From: Halodesulfurarchaeum sp. | Lineage (GTDB): Archaea; Halobacteriota; Halobacteria; Halobacteriales; Halobacteriaceae | Length of the DNA: 64,000 nt | Direction of reading: 5' to 3' | NCBI GenBank assembly: GCA_034520565.1 | Contig: JAXHNL010000001.1 | Coordinates: 64,001-128,000, forward strand | Shown here: positions 19,341 to 30,800 of the stretch, in pieces | How positions within the stretch are numbered: the first letter of the stretch is position 1 | Layout: the number at the start of each line of letters is the position of its first letter | Translations under genes and position numbers: made by a program | The notes under the pieces: model-generated | Databases searched by the model: none | What the model was told of the DNA's origin: nothing | The model's input: only the letters and a program-made list of their open reading frames with translations

Positions 19341-20301
19341 ATGACACGGTCCACCCGCCAGCGGGAGCGACAAGCGGCCGAGACCGAGGAGTCAAAAGAG
19401 GACGTCCGGGAGTGTCCCGAATGTGGCTCCGAGGAGCTGGTCAAAAGCTCCGACCGGGGGGAGCTCGTTTGTAACGAGTGTGGGCTCGTCCTCGAAGAGG
19501 AAAAGATCGACCCCGGCCCGGAGTGGCGCGCCTTCAACCATCAGGAGCGTCAGGAAAAGTCCCGCGTGGGGGCCCCGACGACCCAGACGATGCACGACAA
19601 GGGGCTGACGACCACAATCGACTGGAAGGACAAGGACGCCTACGGGCGCTCGATCTCCTCGAAGAAACGAAGCCAGATGCACCGGCTGCGAAAGTGGCAG
19701 GAACGCATCCGGACCAAGGACGCCGGCGAACGCAACCTCCAGTTCGCACTCTCGCGAGATCGACCGCATGGCGAGCGCGCTCGGGGTTCCGCGTTCGGTC
19801 CGGGAAGTCGCCTCCGTCATATATCGACGCGCCCTCAAGGAAGATCTCATTCGCGGGCGCTCGATCGAGGGTGTCGCGACGTCAGCACTGTATGCCTCCT
19901 GCCGGAAGGAAGGCATCCCCCGGAGTCTCGAGGAGATTTCCGAAGTATCACGGGTCGAGCGCAAGGAGATCGGCCGAACCTACCGATACGTCTCCCAGGA
20001 ACTCGGCCTCGAGATGGAGCCGGTCGACCCGAAGAAGTACGTCCCTCGCTTTTGCTCCGAACTCGAACTCTCCGAGGAGGTCCAGTCCAAGGCCAACGAG
20101 ATCATCGAGACGACCGCGGAGAAGGGACTGCTCTCGGGCAAGTCCCCGACCGGCTACGCGGCCGCCGCGATATACGCCGCCTCGCTTCTGTGTAACGAGA
20201 AGAAGACTCAAAGGGAGGTCGCAGACGTCGCCCAGGTAACCGAGGTGACGATCCGGAATCGGTACCAGGAGCAGATCGAAGCGATGGGCATCCATCACTG
20301 A
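19341..20301 (+). CDS. tfb: Transcription initiation factor IIB with apparent +1 frameshift at ~19755
   Basis: Zn ribbon [29 protein letters not shown], then [20 protein letters not shown] in the next frame. Confidence 0.93.
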
Positions 20302-20401
20302 TTCCTGGCGGGTGGATCGACACGAAGTGGCGTACTGGCTGTGGACTGGGCGGAATGCGGGAAACGAAGCCGTTTTGACGGGCCGAAGTGTCCAGTGAGC
20401 C

Positions 20402-21100
20402 ATGAGCGGGCCGTGGACACAGTGGGATCACGTCCTCAAGGTCGATCCCGACAAGGAACTCGCCGAGGGAGACACCTTCGCGGACGTCTGTACGAGTGGG
20501 ACCGATGCCATCGAGATCGGCGGCACCACCGGCATGACCGAGGAGAAAATGGAACAGGTCGTTTCGGCCTGCCGGGAATACGACATCCCGCTCTTCCAGG
20601 AGCCCTCGAATCCGGGCGTGGTCATCAGGGATCCGGGACTCGACGGCTATCTCATCCCGACGGTGTTCAACGCCGGGGACCCCTTCTGGATCACCGGCGC
20701 CCACAAGGAATGGGCGCGGATCGACGAAATCGACTGGGACCGGACCTACACCGAGGCCTATGTCGTCCTCAATCCGGAGGCCTCGGTCGCCTCTTATACG
20801 GAGGCCAACTGCGACCTCGACGACGACGAGGTGGCCGCCTACGCCTCGATCGCGGAACGGCTCTTCGGCCAGGACATCGTCTACCTCGAATATTCGGGCA
20901 TGCTGGGCGATCCCGAGACCGTCGGGACCGCCGCTGAGGCGCTCGACGAGTCGACCCTCTTTTACGGTGGCGGGATTCGCGATTACGAGTCGGCCAAGAC
21001 GATGGGGGCCGTCGCTGACGTCGTCGTTGTCGGCGACCTGGTTCACGAGGAGGGCGTCGCGGCCGTCGAGGAGACGGTCCGGGGCGCCAAGGAAGCCTGA
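20402..21100 (+). CDS. Geranylgeranylglyceryl phosphate synthase (PcrB family)
   Basis: [37 protein letters not shown]. Confidence 0.92.
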   Translation: MSGPWTQWDHVLKVDPDKELAEGDTFADVCTSGTDAIEIGGTTGMTEEKMEQVVSACREYDIPLFQEPSNPGVVIRDPGLDGYLIPTVFNAGDPFWITGAHKEWARIDEIDWDRTYTEAYVVLNPEASVASYTEANCDLDDDEVAAYASIAERLFGQDIVYLEYSGMLGDPETVGTAAEALDESTLFYGGGIRDYESAKTMGAVADVVVVGDLVHEEGVAAVEETVRGAKEA

Positions 21101-21186
21101 CCGGGGCCCGATCCGACGCCACCCTCCCCGAAATCGGCCAACCGAAATACGGGCGTTTAAGAGCGATCCGGAGTGTAGTTGGGCCC

Positions 21187-22491
21187 ATGCGAGACCGGAC
21201 ACACGCTGCAGACGCCGAACCCGGCATGGAGGCCACGATCGCCGGGTGGGTTCACGAGATACGCGACCTCGGGGGGATCGCCTTTCTGATCCTCCGAGAT
21301 CGAACGGGCAAGATTCAGGTGAAATTCGAGAAGGACGAACTGGAAGCGGACCTCGTCGACCGCGCGCTCTCCGTCCACCGCGAGAGCGTGATCCAGGTGA
21401 CCGGAACGGTCTTCGAAGAAGACCGGGCGCCAACGGGCGTCGAAATCGTTCCCGAAACTTTTGACGTGATCGCCAAGGCCGATCCCGAACTCCCGCTTGA
21501 CCCCTCGGGCAAGGTCGGCGCCGAACTCTCGACCCGCCTCGACAACCGGACACTCGATCTCCGCCGGGACGAGACCCGGGCCATCTTTGAGATTCGAAGC
21601 GAAGTACTTCGAGCCGGGCGCGAGACGTTCCGCGACCTGGGCGGCACCGAGATCACGACCCCGAAGATCGTCGCCACCGGAACCGAAGGCGGTACCGAAC
21701 TCTTCCCCATCACGTACTTCGGCCGCGAAGCGTTCATGAACCAATCCCCACAGCTCTTCAAGCAGCTGCTCGCGGCCTCCGGCCTCGAACGGGTGTTCGA
21801 GATCGGACCGATCTTTCGCGCGGAGGAGCACAACACGCCACGTCACCTGAACGAGGCGACCAGCATCGACTTCGAGAGCGCCTTCATCGACGCCGACGAG
21901 GCGATGGACGTCGCCGAAACCTTCGTCAGGTCGGTGTACGAGGCAGTTGGGTCGAACTGTGCCGCTCAGCTCGAAACGCTGGGACTCGCGAATTCCTTCG
22001 AGGTCCCGGCGGACGACTTCCCGCGGATCACCTACGAGGAGGCCATCCAGCAGGCGAACGCGACAGGCGTGGTCGACGAGCAACTCGTCTGGGGTGACGA
22101 CCTCCCCACCGAGGCCGAGAAGGCACTGGGCGAGGAGATCGGTCAACATTACTTCATCACGAACTGGCCATCCGAGGTCAAGCCGTTCTACATCAAGGAC
22201 GAGGACGACGACCCGGACGTGTCGACTGGATTCGACCTGAACCACCCCCGGATGGAACTCGTTTCCGGGGGTCAGCGCGAACACCGCTACGACGAGCTGG
22301 TTGAGGGCTTCGAGGCCCAGGGTCTCGACCCGGCCGCCTTCGAGTACTACACCAAGATGTTCAAGTACGGAATGCCGCCACACGCCGGCTGGGGAATGGG
22401 TGCCGAGCGGCTCCTCGTCACGATGCTCGATCTCGACAACATCAGGGAGGCCGTCCTCTTCCCGCGGGACCGAACGCGGCTCTCGCCGTAG
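21187..22491 (+). CDS. aspS: Aspartate-tRNA(Asp/Asn) ligase
   Basis: [52 protein letters not shown]. Confidence 0.97.
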   Translation: MRDRTHAADAEPGMEATIAGWVHEIRDLGGIAFLILRDRTGKIQVKFEKDELEADLVDRALSVHRESVIQVTGTVFEEDRAPTGVEIVPETFDVIAKADPELPLDPSGKVGAELSTRLDNRTLDLRRDETRAIFEIRSEVLRAGRETFRDLGGTEITTPKIVATGTEGGTELFPITYFGREAFMNQSPQLFKQLLAASGLERVFEIGPIFRAEEHNTPRHLNEATSIDFESAFIDADEAMDVAETFVRSVYEAVGSNCAAQLETLGLANSFEVPADDFPRITYEEAIQQANATGVVDEQLVWGDDLPTEAEKALGEEIGQHYFITNWPSEVKPFYIKDEDDDPDVSTGFDLNHPRMELVSGGQREHRYDELVEGFEAQGLDPAAFEYYTKMFKYGMPPHAGWGMGAERLLVTMLDLDNIREAVLFPRDRTRLSP

Positions 22492-22494
22492 GAA

Positions 22495-23331
22495 ATGATC
22501 GACCGGCCCCTCGCCCGGGCGTTCGTTCCCGGGCACGTCACGGGCCTGTTCACCGTCCACCGGACTGAGGACCCGCACACCACCGGGTCACGGGGGGCTG
22601 GATTCACCCTCCGTGATGGGGTGACGGTGTCGGTCCGGGCGGCCGACGAGACGGCGGTTTCGATCGACGGAAATGAAAGCGTTGTGGAGCCCGTAAGGCG
22701 CGTCCTCGAGGCACTTGACGTCCGGGCGTTCGTCGACGTCGAGGCCGATCTCCCGGTCGGGACGGGTTTCGGCCTCTCCGGTGGGATGGCACTGGGGACG
22801 GCCCTCGCCGCGAACGAGGGGTTCGAACTGGGCCACACCGAAAACGAGCTGATCCGGATCGCTCACGTCGCCGACGTGGAGGCCGGCACCGGACTGGGCG
22901 ACGTGGTCGCACAGGCCCGGGGCGGGATCGTGCTTCGGCTCGAACCCGGTGCCCCTCCTCACGGACGGCTTGACGGAATTCCAGGGAGGGGCCGGGTCGA
23001 GTTTTTGACCTTCGGAGAACTGTCGACCCCGGACGTACTCACTGCACATCCCGAAACGATTACCCGAGCGGGAACGAGCGCCCTCGAATCGCTACGGGAA
23101 AACCCCACCGCCGCTCGATTCGTGCAGACCGCATCGGACTTCAGCTCGGAGATCGGGCTGGAAACCGAAGCCGTCGGATCGATTCTGGATACCGTCGAAG
23201 ACACAGGTAACACGGCATCGATGGCGATGTTGGGGGAGACAGTCTTCGCGTTCGGACGAGCCCTTAGCGACGCCGGCTTCGATCCCGAGGTCTCGGCGAT
23301 CGACCCGTGTGGTGCCCGGCTCCTCGAGTAG
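22495..23331 (+). CDS. Pantoate kinase (GHMP family)
   Basis: AFVPGHVTGLF, GSRGAG, LPVGTGFGLSG, AHVADVEAGTGLGDV. Confidence 0.92.
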   Translation: MIDRPLARAFVPGHVTGLFTVHRTEDPHTTGSRGAGFTLRDGVTVSVRAADETAVSIDGNESVVEPVRRVLEALDVRAFVDVEADLPVGTGFGLSGGMALGTALAANEGFELGHTENELIRIAHVADVEAGTGLGDVVAQARGGIVLRLEPGAPPHGRLDGIPGRGRVEFLTFGELSTPDVLTAHPETITRAGTSALESLRENPTAARFVQTASDFSSEIGLETEAVGSILDTVEDTGNTASMAMLGETVFAFGRALSDAGFDPEVSAIDPCGARLLE

Positions 23332-23380
23332 CGGGCCCGGAGTAGCGGGATTTTTGCCACCCCGTGGCATAGGACCGGCA

Positions 23381-24137
23381 ATGACCGACGCCGCGGAGAT
23401 TCCCGCCGACCATCCGCGCCACGATTCGCTACTCACGCGACACCGAATCGAGGCCGGCGTCGAGAAGGGGATCACGAGCAAGCAGGGATTGATCGCACAG
23501 GGCCGGGGGGAGGCCTTCGATTACCTGTTGGGCGAGCGGACCATTCCCAGCGCCGACCGTGCCGAACGCGCGGCAGCCGCGACCCTGCTCGACGCCGAAA
23601 CCCCCGTACTGAGCGTCAACGGCAACGTGGCTGCACTCGTGCCGGAGGCGATCGTGGAACTCGCCTCGGTCGTGGACGCCGCCCTCGAGATCAACCTGTT
23701 CAACCGGACCGAATCCCGGATGGCCGCGATCGAGTCCCACCTCGAGGCACATGGAGCCGAGCACGTCAAGGGGCGTGCCGCCGACGCCCGAATACCCGGC
23801 CTCTCCCACGAACGAGCCAAGGTCGATGCCGACGGCATTTACGCGGCCGACGTGGTGCTCGTCCCGCTCGAGGACGGCGATCGGGCCGAAGCCCTCGCCG
23901 AGATGGGAAAAACCGAGATCGTGATCGATCTAAACCCGCTCTCCCGGTCGGCTCAGGTCGCGGCCATCCCGATCGTCGACAACATCATCCGGGCGATTCC
24001 CCGGATGGTCGAACACGCCGCGCGAACTCGAGGCAGCCGGCCCGGACACCCGGGAGGAAGCACGGACGGCTTTCGACAGGGACGCCGCGCTTCGTGACGC
24101 GGAGGCGACGATCCGGGAGCACTTCGGGGCGTCCTGA
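23381..24137 (+). CDS. 4-phosphopantoate-beta-alanine ligase (phosphopantothenate synthetase), apparent +1 frameshift at ~24020
   Basis: GLIAQGRGEAFDYLLGE, SVNGN, VPLEDGDR, IDLNPLSR; removing one G restores RELEAA..FDRDAALRDAE to TGA 24137. Confidence 0.9.
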
Positions 24138-24144
24138 GCAATTG

Positions 24145-25065
24145 TCAGCCCGGAAACCGTGCTTTCGCGACGTCCCTGGCCTTTCTGGCGACTTCGACGG
24201 CCGTCGGCCCGAGCAAGTAGACGATCGGTTCGACGCCGACGGCGCCGCGATGGTAGAGGACGGTGGTCTGGGGGGTCGCTGCGATCGCTTCGGAAACGGC
24301 AGCCTCGAGTGACTGGTTCTCGATGTGTAGTTCCACGACGGTGGTTTCCCGCTCGAGGAGCGCATCGAGTGTCTCCGGCGTGAACGCGAGGTTCAATCCC
24401 GCTTTCGCTTCGCTTCCCGCCCCGCGGGCTGCGAGCAACACGCCCCCGACGTACTCGCTGACGCCGAACTCGGGCTCCCCGGGCACTTCCACGCGGCCAT
24501 TTACGTCGAGAATCCGACCGGGGACGCCCACGACGTCCTCGAGGGCCGAGGCCGATTCGAGAACTTCGACGAGATTCGACCCGACGTGGGGAACGAGCCC
24601 GGCGAACCTGGTCGCGTGTTCAAGGATTCGAAGGCCCCGACGAACCGAGGCTCTGGCCCGTTCCCGTTCGAGGGCGCCCTGATCGGGTTCGAAGGAGTCG
24701 AGGTCGTACTCGACGGTTCTGAGTTCGGGGACGGCTTCCTCGTGGAGTTCGGCGACGAGATCGCCCGGCCCCGAAAGTGTTCCGAGGAGCCGTTCGATCT
24801 CGATGAGCGCCTGGACCGGCCGAACGTCACCGGTCGCCAGCCCTGGAGTGAGGTCGGCGACGAGTTCCTGGACGCGCTCGTCTCGGGCCACCGCGTCGCT
24901 CGTGGCGATCTCGCCCTGCGCGTACTTCGAGACCGCACTCTGGCTGAGGCCGAGCTTCTCGGCCACCTCGTGTTGGGTGAGTCCGCGTTCGCGGAGTTCG
25001 CTCGCGAGCATGGCCCTGATCGTCGGGAGCACCGACTCGGCGATGACCTCCGCGCGGAACTTCAC
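24145..25065 (-). CDS. HTH + ThiN-like domain protein (ThiR-like regulator)
   Basis: [33 protein letters not shown]; PHVGSN, VPGRI, PEFG, GAVGVEP. Confidence 0.85.
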   Translation of the reverse strand: MKFRAEVIAESVLPTIRAMLASELRERGLTQHEVAEKLGLSQSAVSKYAQGEIATSDAVARDERVQELVADLTPGLATGDVRPVQALIEIERLLGTLSGPGDLVAELHEEAVPELRTVEYDLDSFEPDQGALERERARASVRRGLRILEHATRFAGLVPHVGSNLVEVLESASALEDVVGVPGRILDVNGRVEVPGEPEFGVSEYVGGVLLAARGAGSEAKAGLNLAFTPETLDALLERETTVVELHIENQSLEAAVSEAIAATPQTTVLYHRGAVGVEPIVYLLGPTAVEVARKARDVAKARFPG

Positions 25066-25661
25066 TGCTGCTCACCCGCCTCCGGGTCGAATTCGACGTC
25101 GTCTCCGATCCGCGAGGCCGCCGGGCCGCCCTGGTCCTGGTACTTCGAACCCCGCTCGGAACCGTAGGGGGATTCGGCCGGGCTGGAGAGTTCGGTAAAG
25201 ACGATCTGGGAGATGCGCATGCCGGGGGTGAGCGCCACTGGAGCGGTCCCGAGATTGGAGAGTTCGAGGGTTATACGCCCTCTAAAACCCGGATCTACAA
25301 ATCCGGCTGTGGCATGCACTACCACGGCAAGTCGCCCCAGCGAGGACCGCCCCTCGACTTGCGCGACCAGGTCGTCCGGAATTTCCACCCGCTCTTTGGT
25401 CGTGCCGAGGACGAAATCTCCCGGATGAAGGATGAACTCCTCGCCCTCCTCGATGAGGGTCTCGCTGACGTAATCCCCGACCTGATTCTCCTCCTGGGGA
25501 TGAATGCTCGGGATGTTCGTTCGTCTGAATTCGAGGAACTCCGTGCCCAGCCGCACGTCGATACTCGCGGGCTGGATCTGGAGGTCGGGATCGGAGAGGG
25601 GCTCGACGACGAGGTCGCCGTCTTCGAGCCGGGAGCGGATGTCGCGGTCCGAGAGGATCAT
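25062..25661 (-). CDS. dcd: dCTP deaminase
   Basis: [42 protein letters not shown]. Confidence 0.96.
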   Translation of the reverse strand: MILSDRDIRSRLEDGDLVVEPLSDPDLQIQPASIDVRLGTEFLEFRRTNIPSIHPQEENQVGDYVSETLIEEGEEFILHPGDFVLGTTKERVEIPDDLVAQVEGRSSLGRLAVVVHATAGFVDPGFRGRITLELSNLGTAPVALTPGMRISQIVFTELSSPAESPYGSERGSKYQDQGGPAASRIGDDVEFDPEAGEQQ

Positions 25662-25771
25662 GCAATGATCCCCGGGCCTGATTGCCTTAAGGATACGTGA
25701 TTGCCCCGATGTCCCCCTCGACTATTCAGCCAAAGGACACCTCTAAGGGCCCCGAATCACAGAGTGATCGC

Positions 25772-26110
25772 ATGAAGCAGGCCATCGTCGTCCGATCGGA
25801 CCTGGGGATGGGCACTGGAAAACTCGCGGCCCAGGTTGCCCACGCCGCGCTTTCGGCCGTCGAACACGCCACCGACGACACCGTGCGGCAGTGGAAACGG
25901 GCGGGACAGCGCAAGGTCGTCCTCAAAATCGACGGTGAGCGGGCGCTCTTCGAAATACAGGAGAAGGCAAAGACGGCGGGACTCCCGACAGGCCTGATCC
26001 GTGACGCCGGCCGAACGCAACTCGACCCGGACACCCCGACCACCGTCGCCGTCGGCCCCGCGAGCGACGAGGCAGTCGACCGCATCACCGGCTCGCTCTC
26101 GCTTTACTGA
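25772..26110 (+). CDS. pth2: Peptidyl-tRNA hydrolase Pth2
   Basis: [33 protein letters not shown]. Confidence 0.96.
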   Translation: MKQAIVVRSDLGMGTGKLAAQVAHAALSAVEHATDDTVRQWKRAGQRKVVLKIDGERALFEIQEKAKTAGLPTGLIRDAGRTQLDPDTPTTVAVGPASDEAVDRITGSLSLY

Positions 26111-26161
26111 AGAGATCGGGTAGCGAGCGTGTTTTGCCCCCTGCACTCGAAACCCGGACAA

Positions 26162-27481
26162 ATGCGCCCGGCCCACGAGGACGAACGCCCCTACGGAATC
26201 GAGTGGTATGCGAGCGACTCGGCCGGCGTCGGCGGACGGCTCCGTGACCGGCCAGAAGATTTCCGGGTGCGCGAGCGCGAGCGGTTCGACGTGGAGCCAA
26301 TCGACGCCGATCCGGGGGATTACCCCTGGATCGTGCTCCGGGTCACCCTCGAGAACACGGACACGAACGACTTCGCACGGGAACTGTCGAATCGACTCTC
26401 GATCAGTCGCGAGCGGGTTGGCTGGGCCGGCACGAAGGACAAGCGGGCGGTCTCGACCCAACTGTTCTCCGTTCGTGGAGTCGATCCCGCGGCAGTCCCC
26501 GAAATCGGCGGCGCAACGATCGACGTGGTGGGTCGGGCCGGGCGTGGACTGGGTTTCGGCGATCTTCTCGGCAACGAGTTCGAGATCGTCGTCCGGGATC
26601 CCGATGCCCCCGAGCGAGTGGCGGAGATTACCGCGGAACTCGAGGCACAGTTCGGCGGCCGGGCTGGCGTCCCGAACTACTTCGGCCATCAGCGCTTCGG
26701 CAGCTATCGCTCGATTACCCACGAGGTCGGGCTGGCGATCCTGCGACGGGACTGGGAGGGTGCCGTGATGGCCTATCTCGGAAATCCAAGCCCCGAGGAG
26801 CCCCCGGCCTCGAGTGCGGCCCGGGAGTTCGTCGAGGAAACCCGGGACTGGGAGGTCGCCCTCGACCGGTTCCCGAATCGGTTGCGCTACGAACGGGCGA
26901 TGTTGCACGACTTACACGAGTCGGACGGCGAATCCGCGGCGGACTATCGATCGGCTCTGGAGACCTTTCCCGAGAACCTCCGTCGGCTCTTCGTCAACGC
27001 CGCCCAGTCCCTGCTATTCAACGAAGTGCTGAGCCGGCGGTTCGAGGCCGGACTCCCGTTCCACGAGCCGGTCGCGGGGGACGTCGTCGCCTTCGCGGAC
27101 ACGGACGCTCCGGCTGATTTCCCGCTTCCCGACGTCGATCGGATCCAGCGCGTTGGGGCGGGACAAACCGACGTGTTGACACGGCACTGCGAGCGGGACC
27201 GGGCGTTCGTCACAGCCCCGCTTGTCGGGACCGAGACCGAGCTTGCCGAAGGAGAGCCGGGTGAAATCGAGCGGGCAGTGCTCGACGAGCACGACATCGA
27301 ACCCGACGATTTCGACCTCCCCGAGCCGTATCACTCCACGGGAACCCGTCGGGCGATTCTGGTTCGAATCGAGCCCACGATCGACTTCGGGCCTCTCACC
27401 TTCGAGTTCGGCCTGCCGAAGGGGAGTTACGCGACGGTGTTCCTGCGGGAATATCTGAAGGTGTCTCCGCTGAAGATGTGA
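26162..27481 (+). CDS. truD: tRNA pseudouridine(13) synthase
   Basis: [38 protein letters not shown]. Confidence 0.96.
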   Translation: MRPAHEDERPYGIEWYASDSAGVGGRLRDRPEDFRVRERERFDVEPIDADPGDYPWIVLRVTLENTDTNDFARELSNRLSISRERVGWAGTKDKRAVSTQLFSVRGVDPAAVPEIGGATIDVVGRAGRGLGFGDLLGNEFEIVVRDPDAPERVAEITAELEAQFGGRAGVPNYFGHQRFGSYRSITHEVGLAILRRDWEGAVMAYLGNPSPEEPPASSAAREFVEETRDWEVALDRFPNRLRYERAMLHDLHESDGESAADYRSALETFPENLRRLFVNAAQSLLFNEVLSRRFEAGLPFHEPVAGDVVAFADTDAPADFPLPDVDRIQRVGAGQTDVLTRHCERDRAFVTAPLVGTETELAEGEPGEIERAVLDEHDIEPDDFDLPEPYHSTGTRRAILVRIEPTIDFGPLTFEFGLPKGSYATVFLREYLKVSPLKM

Positions 27482-27506
27482 GGAGAAGGGGTCGAAAGGA
27501 GAACCG

Positions 27507-27592
27507 TCAGCGGGATTGGGTGGAGGTGCATCAGCGGGTTGGGTGGAGGTACATCAGCGGGTTGGGTGGAGGTACATCAGCGGGTTGGGTGG
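27507..27592. repeat. 23-bp G-rich tandem repeat (TCAGCGGGTTGGGTGGAGGTACA), about 3.7 copies
   Basis: Units start at 27507, 27531, 27554, 27577; no spacers. Confidence 0.95.
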
Positions 27593-27625
27593 GTGGCCGG
27601 TGTAGTGGAGGGGTTAGATAAATCC

Positions 27626-27877
27626 TTAATTGGACGTCTCGGTGCCTGCGCCGGCCGCCGTTTCGGCACCCTCAGCTGCCTCCGAACCGCCCGGCGTCAG
27701 GCCGCTGATCGTCTCACCGAGACCACCTTCGCCGATCGAGCTCTTTACCGCATCGAGGATGCTGCTGACGAAGTCGGGGACCTGTGCGGGCAGGTCGCCG
27801 GGCGGGCCAGCTTGCATGATTGTCTGTGCCGCGTCGTTTGCCATCAGCGCAATCGATAGTGGGTCTGCTTCGATCAT
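27626..27877 (-). CDS. Small hypothetical protein with GPPxDLPxQVPDFV motif
   Basis: Acidic Gly/Ala-rich 83-aa ORF; TTAT box about 28 nt upstream. Confidence 0.65.
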   Translation of the reverse strand: MIEADPLSIALMANDAAQTIMQAGPPGDLPAQVPDFVSSILDAVKSSIGEGGLGETISGLTPGGSEAAEGAETAAGAGTETSN

Positions 27878-28157
27878 CGCATCCCGACGTATCCGAGGGG
27901 GACAGATAAGGGAGGGAGGCCCTGAACCCGATTTTGGCGGGCTTAGTGGCGCGTTAAACTCGTTTTCGCCCGGTTAACTGGGATTTGGGACGATCTGGTG
28001 GCCGTGTTGTCTCAATGTGGGCGAAAGCGGGCGTTCGGCCTCGTCCGCGGGAACCTGGGGGCTTTGCCGAGAACACCGAACGCCGGCTTCGCTATCCCGA
28101 ATCGGGCCCTTCCCTTGGGATCAGCACGCCTTTACTCGCCGCCCCGATACGGCCCGT

Positions 28158-28883
28158 ATGGCGTGTCGCCGGTGTGGGAGACCCCTCGAACGACCGGGAG
28201 ACTACTGTCTCTCCTGTGACACCGCGAACACGGACGCGGTCGTCGTCGAGATCGATGCCACCCGGGCGACGCTCACAATGCTCGACGGAGACGCTACCCT
28301 AGGCGAGACACACATCACGACGACGCCCGAAACCGAACAGACGCTTTCCGGGACCCAGCGCCGGAACTACGCGGGGCGGATCGCGGACGAGATCCGACGC
28401 AAGCGACCCGAATCCGTCTACGTGACCGGTGACCGGGCAGTCATCCAGACCCTCCGGTCGGCGATCCACTATCCGGTCTATCGAGTTCCCGAGGCCGATC
28501 CAGTGAAGACGGTACTCGACCGCCGAGGCGAAGCCGATCTCGAGGTGATCGAGGCACCACCACGGGAGAAGATCGGCGGCGCTCACTCCACGATCATCGG
28601 TGATCGAACGGGCATGCAGGCGGTACAAATCGTTGCGGAGCACCCGAACGTCAAGAAAGTCGTTCCGGGACCGATCGACGCCGGTGGAAGTGGGTCCCGA
28701 ACGGGAATGCGAGCCAAAGTGAGTCGCGCGGACACGAACGGAAACCTCCGATTGGTTCTACGGGATGGGTCGAGCGTCCAAGAGAACCGGGTGGTCACGA
28801 CCGCGCGGGACCGGGACACCGGTGAGCGGATCAGGACCGACCTGAACGAGGCTCTGGCCGAGGGCGGACTGCGAGCGGAGTGA
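28158..28883 (+). CDS. DUF2103-type predicted metal-binding protein
   Basis: CRRCG..DYCLSC Zn ribbon; KIGGAHSTIIG, HPNVKKVVPGPI, RDGSSVQE. Confidence 0.85.
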   Translation: MACRRCGRPLERPGDYCLSCDTANTDAVVVEIDATRATLTMLDGDATLGETHITTTPETEQTLSGTQRRNYAGRIADEIRRKRPESVYVTGDRAVIQTLRSAIHYPVYRVPEADPVKTVLDRRGEADLEVIEAPPREKIGGAHSTIIGDRTGMQAVQIVAEHPNVKKVVPGPIDAGGSGSRTGMRAKVSRADTNGNLRLVLRDGSSVQENRVVTTARDRDTGERIRTDLNEALAEGGLRAE

Positions 28884-28939
28884 GTCGCCGCCGGCCCGGA
28901 CACAACACGTTTTTAACCGCGCTTTGACTACCACGGAGC

Positions 28940-29239
28940 ATGAGCAAATCCGATCGCCGTCGACGGACCGGGAGTGCGGGCCGATTCGGTGCCCGCTACG
29001 GCCGGCTTGCCCGCCGACGCGTCGCCGAAATCGAGTCGGACATGCACGCGGACCACGTGTGCCCGGAGTGTGGCTCCGCGGCCGTCGACCGCCAGGGAAG
29101 TGGCATCTGGGAGTGTGACAGTTGTGGCTACACGTTTACCGGCGGCGCCTACCGGCCCGAGACACCCGGTGGCCGTGCCGTGACGCGTTCGATCAGGACC
29201 GCACTCTCCGACGGCGAGGAGGAGGAGACCGAAGAATAA
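28940..29239 (+). CDS. rpl37ae: 50S ribosomal protein L37ae (eL43)
   Basis: [28 protein letters not shown]. Confidence 0.96.
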   Translation: MSKSDRRRRTGSAGRFGARYGRLARRRVAEIESDMHADHVCPECGSAAVDRQGSGIWECDSCGYTFTGGAYRPETPGGRAVTRSIRTALSDGEEEETEE

Positions 29240-29373
29240 TGTCCTACAAGTGCTCCCGGTGCAAGCGCGACGTCGAACTCGACGAGTACGGCGGGGTCAG
29301 ATGCCCCTACTGCGGTCACCGCGTGCTGCTCAAGGAGCGCAGTCGGGACATCAAGGAAATATCGGTCGAGTAA
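29239..29373 (+). CDS. rpoP: RNA polymerase subunit P (Rpo12)
   Basis: [24 protein letters not shown]. Confidence 0.96.
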   Translation: MSYKCSRCKRDVELDEYGGVRCPYCGHRVLLKERSRDIKEISVE

Positions 29374-29383
29374 CCGCCGAGTC

Positions 29384-29650
29384 GTGTACCAAACGACGGT
29401 TGTTCTTTCGTATCCGTCCGGAACCGAGGCGAAGCTCGTCGAGTCGGCACTCCGCCCGGAAGTCGGCGCCATCGAGAGCGACCGCACTGCAGTATCGATG
29501 ACTCGTTCCGGAGCGGAACTCGATCTCGTCGTCGAAGCGGCCGACCCCGTGGCGCTCAGGGCCGGCCAGAACACCTGGCTGGGCCTTCTCGAAGTCGTGG
29601 AAGCGGTCGCCGCGATGGGTCGACGGTTCGAGGAGACGGCGGAGTCGTAA
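29384..29650 (+). CDS. pcc1: KEOPS complex subunit Pcc1
   Basis: Follows rpoP; SALRPE..EAADPVALRAGQNTWLGL. Confidence 0.8.
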   Translation: MYQTTVVLSYPSGTEAKLVESALRPEVGAIESDRTAVSMTRSGAELDLVVEAADPVALRAGQNTWLGLLEVVEAVAAMGRRFEETAES

Positions 29651-29705
29651 GGGACCACGAGCAACCATGGTATCGCGGTCGATCCTTCCCAGAAAAGCGA
29701 GTCGC

Positions 29706-30800
29706 TCAGGGAATGTCGTTCGGGGGCGGGCGTTCTCCCAGTTCGAGTTCGACCTGTATCCGTCGACCGTCTCTGTAGATACTGAGCGTTACCGTCTCGC
29801 CCGGGCGGGTGTGCAAGAGGAGATACCGGGTGAGGTCCTCGTGGCTTCGAACGGGGGTGCCGTCGATACCGACGATCACGTCAGCGTCGTCGGGCACTGT
29901 TCCGTCCGCCCAGGTCCCGGCCTCGAGCACGCCGTCAGACGGGCCGTCCGGAAGAACCTCCACGACGGCGATCCCGGAGGCCTCGGGGACCTGGTTGGCG
30001 TCCGCCACGTTCGGAGTGACCGGTATCGACCGGATTCCCATGAAGGAGTGTTCGACCTCCCCGTGAGCGATCAGATCTGGGACGACGCGTTCGAGGACCC
30101 GCGCTGAGATGGCGAACCCGACGTTATCCCCACTTTTTGCCCGATTGACCCCGACAACTGTTCCGTCCATCGAGACGAGCGGCCCGCCGCTGTTCCCCGG
30201 ATTGATCGGGGCGTCGGTCTGGACGGTGTCAGGGATCGAAAACCCGTCACCGACCTCCATCGATCGGTTGACACCGCTCACGATACCGTGAGTGATCGTT
30301 CCCTGGAGCCCGAACGGACTCCCGAATGCCGCAACGAACTGCCCGGGTCGAGGCATTCGATCGGCCACCGGGAGTGGGGTCGCGGATTCGGGGAGTGATT
30401 CGGTCCGGACGACGGCCAGATCGGTGTATACGTCGGTTCCGACGACGGTCGCCGACCGCCAGACCCCGTCCGAGAACTGCACCGAAACGTCGGTCGCGTC
30501 GGCCACGACGTGGTGGTTGGTGACGATGTAGGTCCCCTCGGAGAGGAATCCGGACCCCTGCGAACTCCCGGTCGGCGTCTCGACTCGAAGGGTCACCATC
30601 GAGTCGGCCGTGGCCTCGTACAGGCCGGTCAGATTGCCTTCGTAAACCGACCCGTTCGACACAGCAGGGACCGTCCCCTCCGGTGCCGGCGCATCGAGTG
30701 ACGGACCGGCGTCCGCGCCGAACACGACGACGCCGGCGGAAGCTCCGACGAGAGCCCCCAGAAAGACGGCCAACGCGAAGACCCAGATCAGTGGTCGCAT
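29706..30800 (-). CDS. HtrA/DegP-like S1C serine protease with PDZ domain
   Basis: VTNHHVV, TDLAVV, TDAPINPGNSGGPL triad; N-terminal hydrophobic anchor. Confidence 0.92.
   Translation of the reverse strand: MRPLIWVFALAVFLGALVGASAGVVVFGADAGPSLDAPAPEGTVPAVSNGSVYEGNLTGLYEATADSMVTLRVETPTGSSQGSGFLSEGTYIVTNHHVVADATDVSVQFSDGVWRSATVVGTDVYTDLAVVRTESLPESATPLPVADRMPRPGQFVAAFGSPFGLQGTITHGIVSGVNRSMEVGDGFSIPDTVQTDAPINPGNSGGPLVSMDGTVVGVNRAKSGDNVGFAISARVLERVVPDLIAHGEVEHSFMGIRSIPVTPNVADANQVPEASGIAVVEVLPDGPSDGVLEAGTWADGTVPDDADVIVGIDGTPVRSHEDLTRYLLLHTRPGETVTLSIYRDGRRIQVELELGERPPPNDIP

Noticed and set aside
27507-27592. Possible CRISPR array
   Set aside because: Units are head-to-tail with no unique spacers, and there are no cas genes in the window
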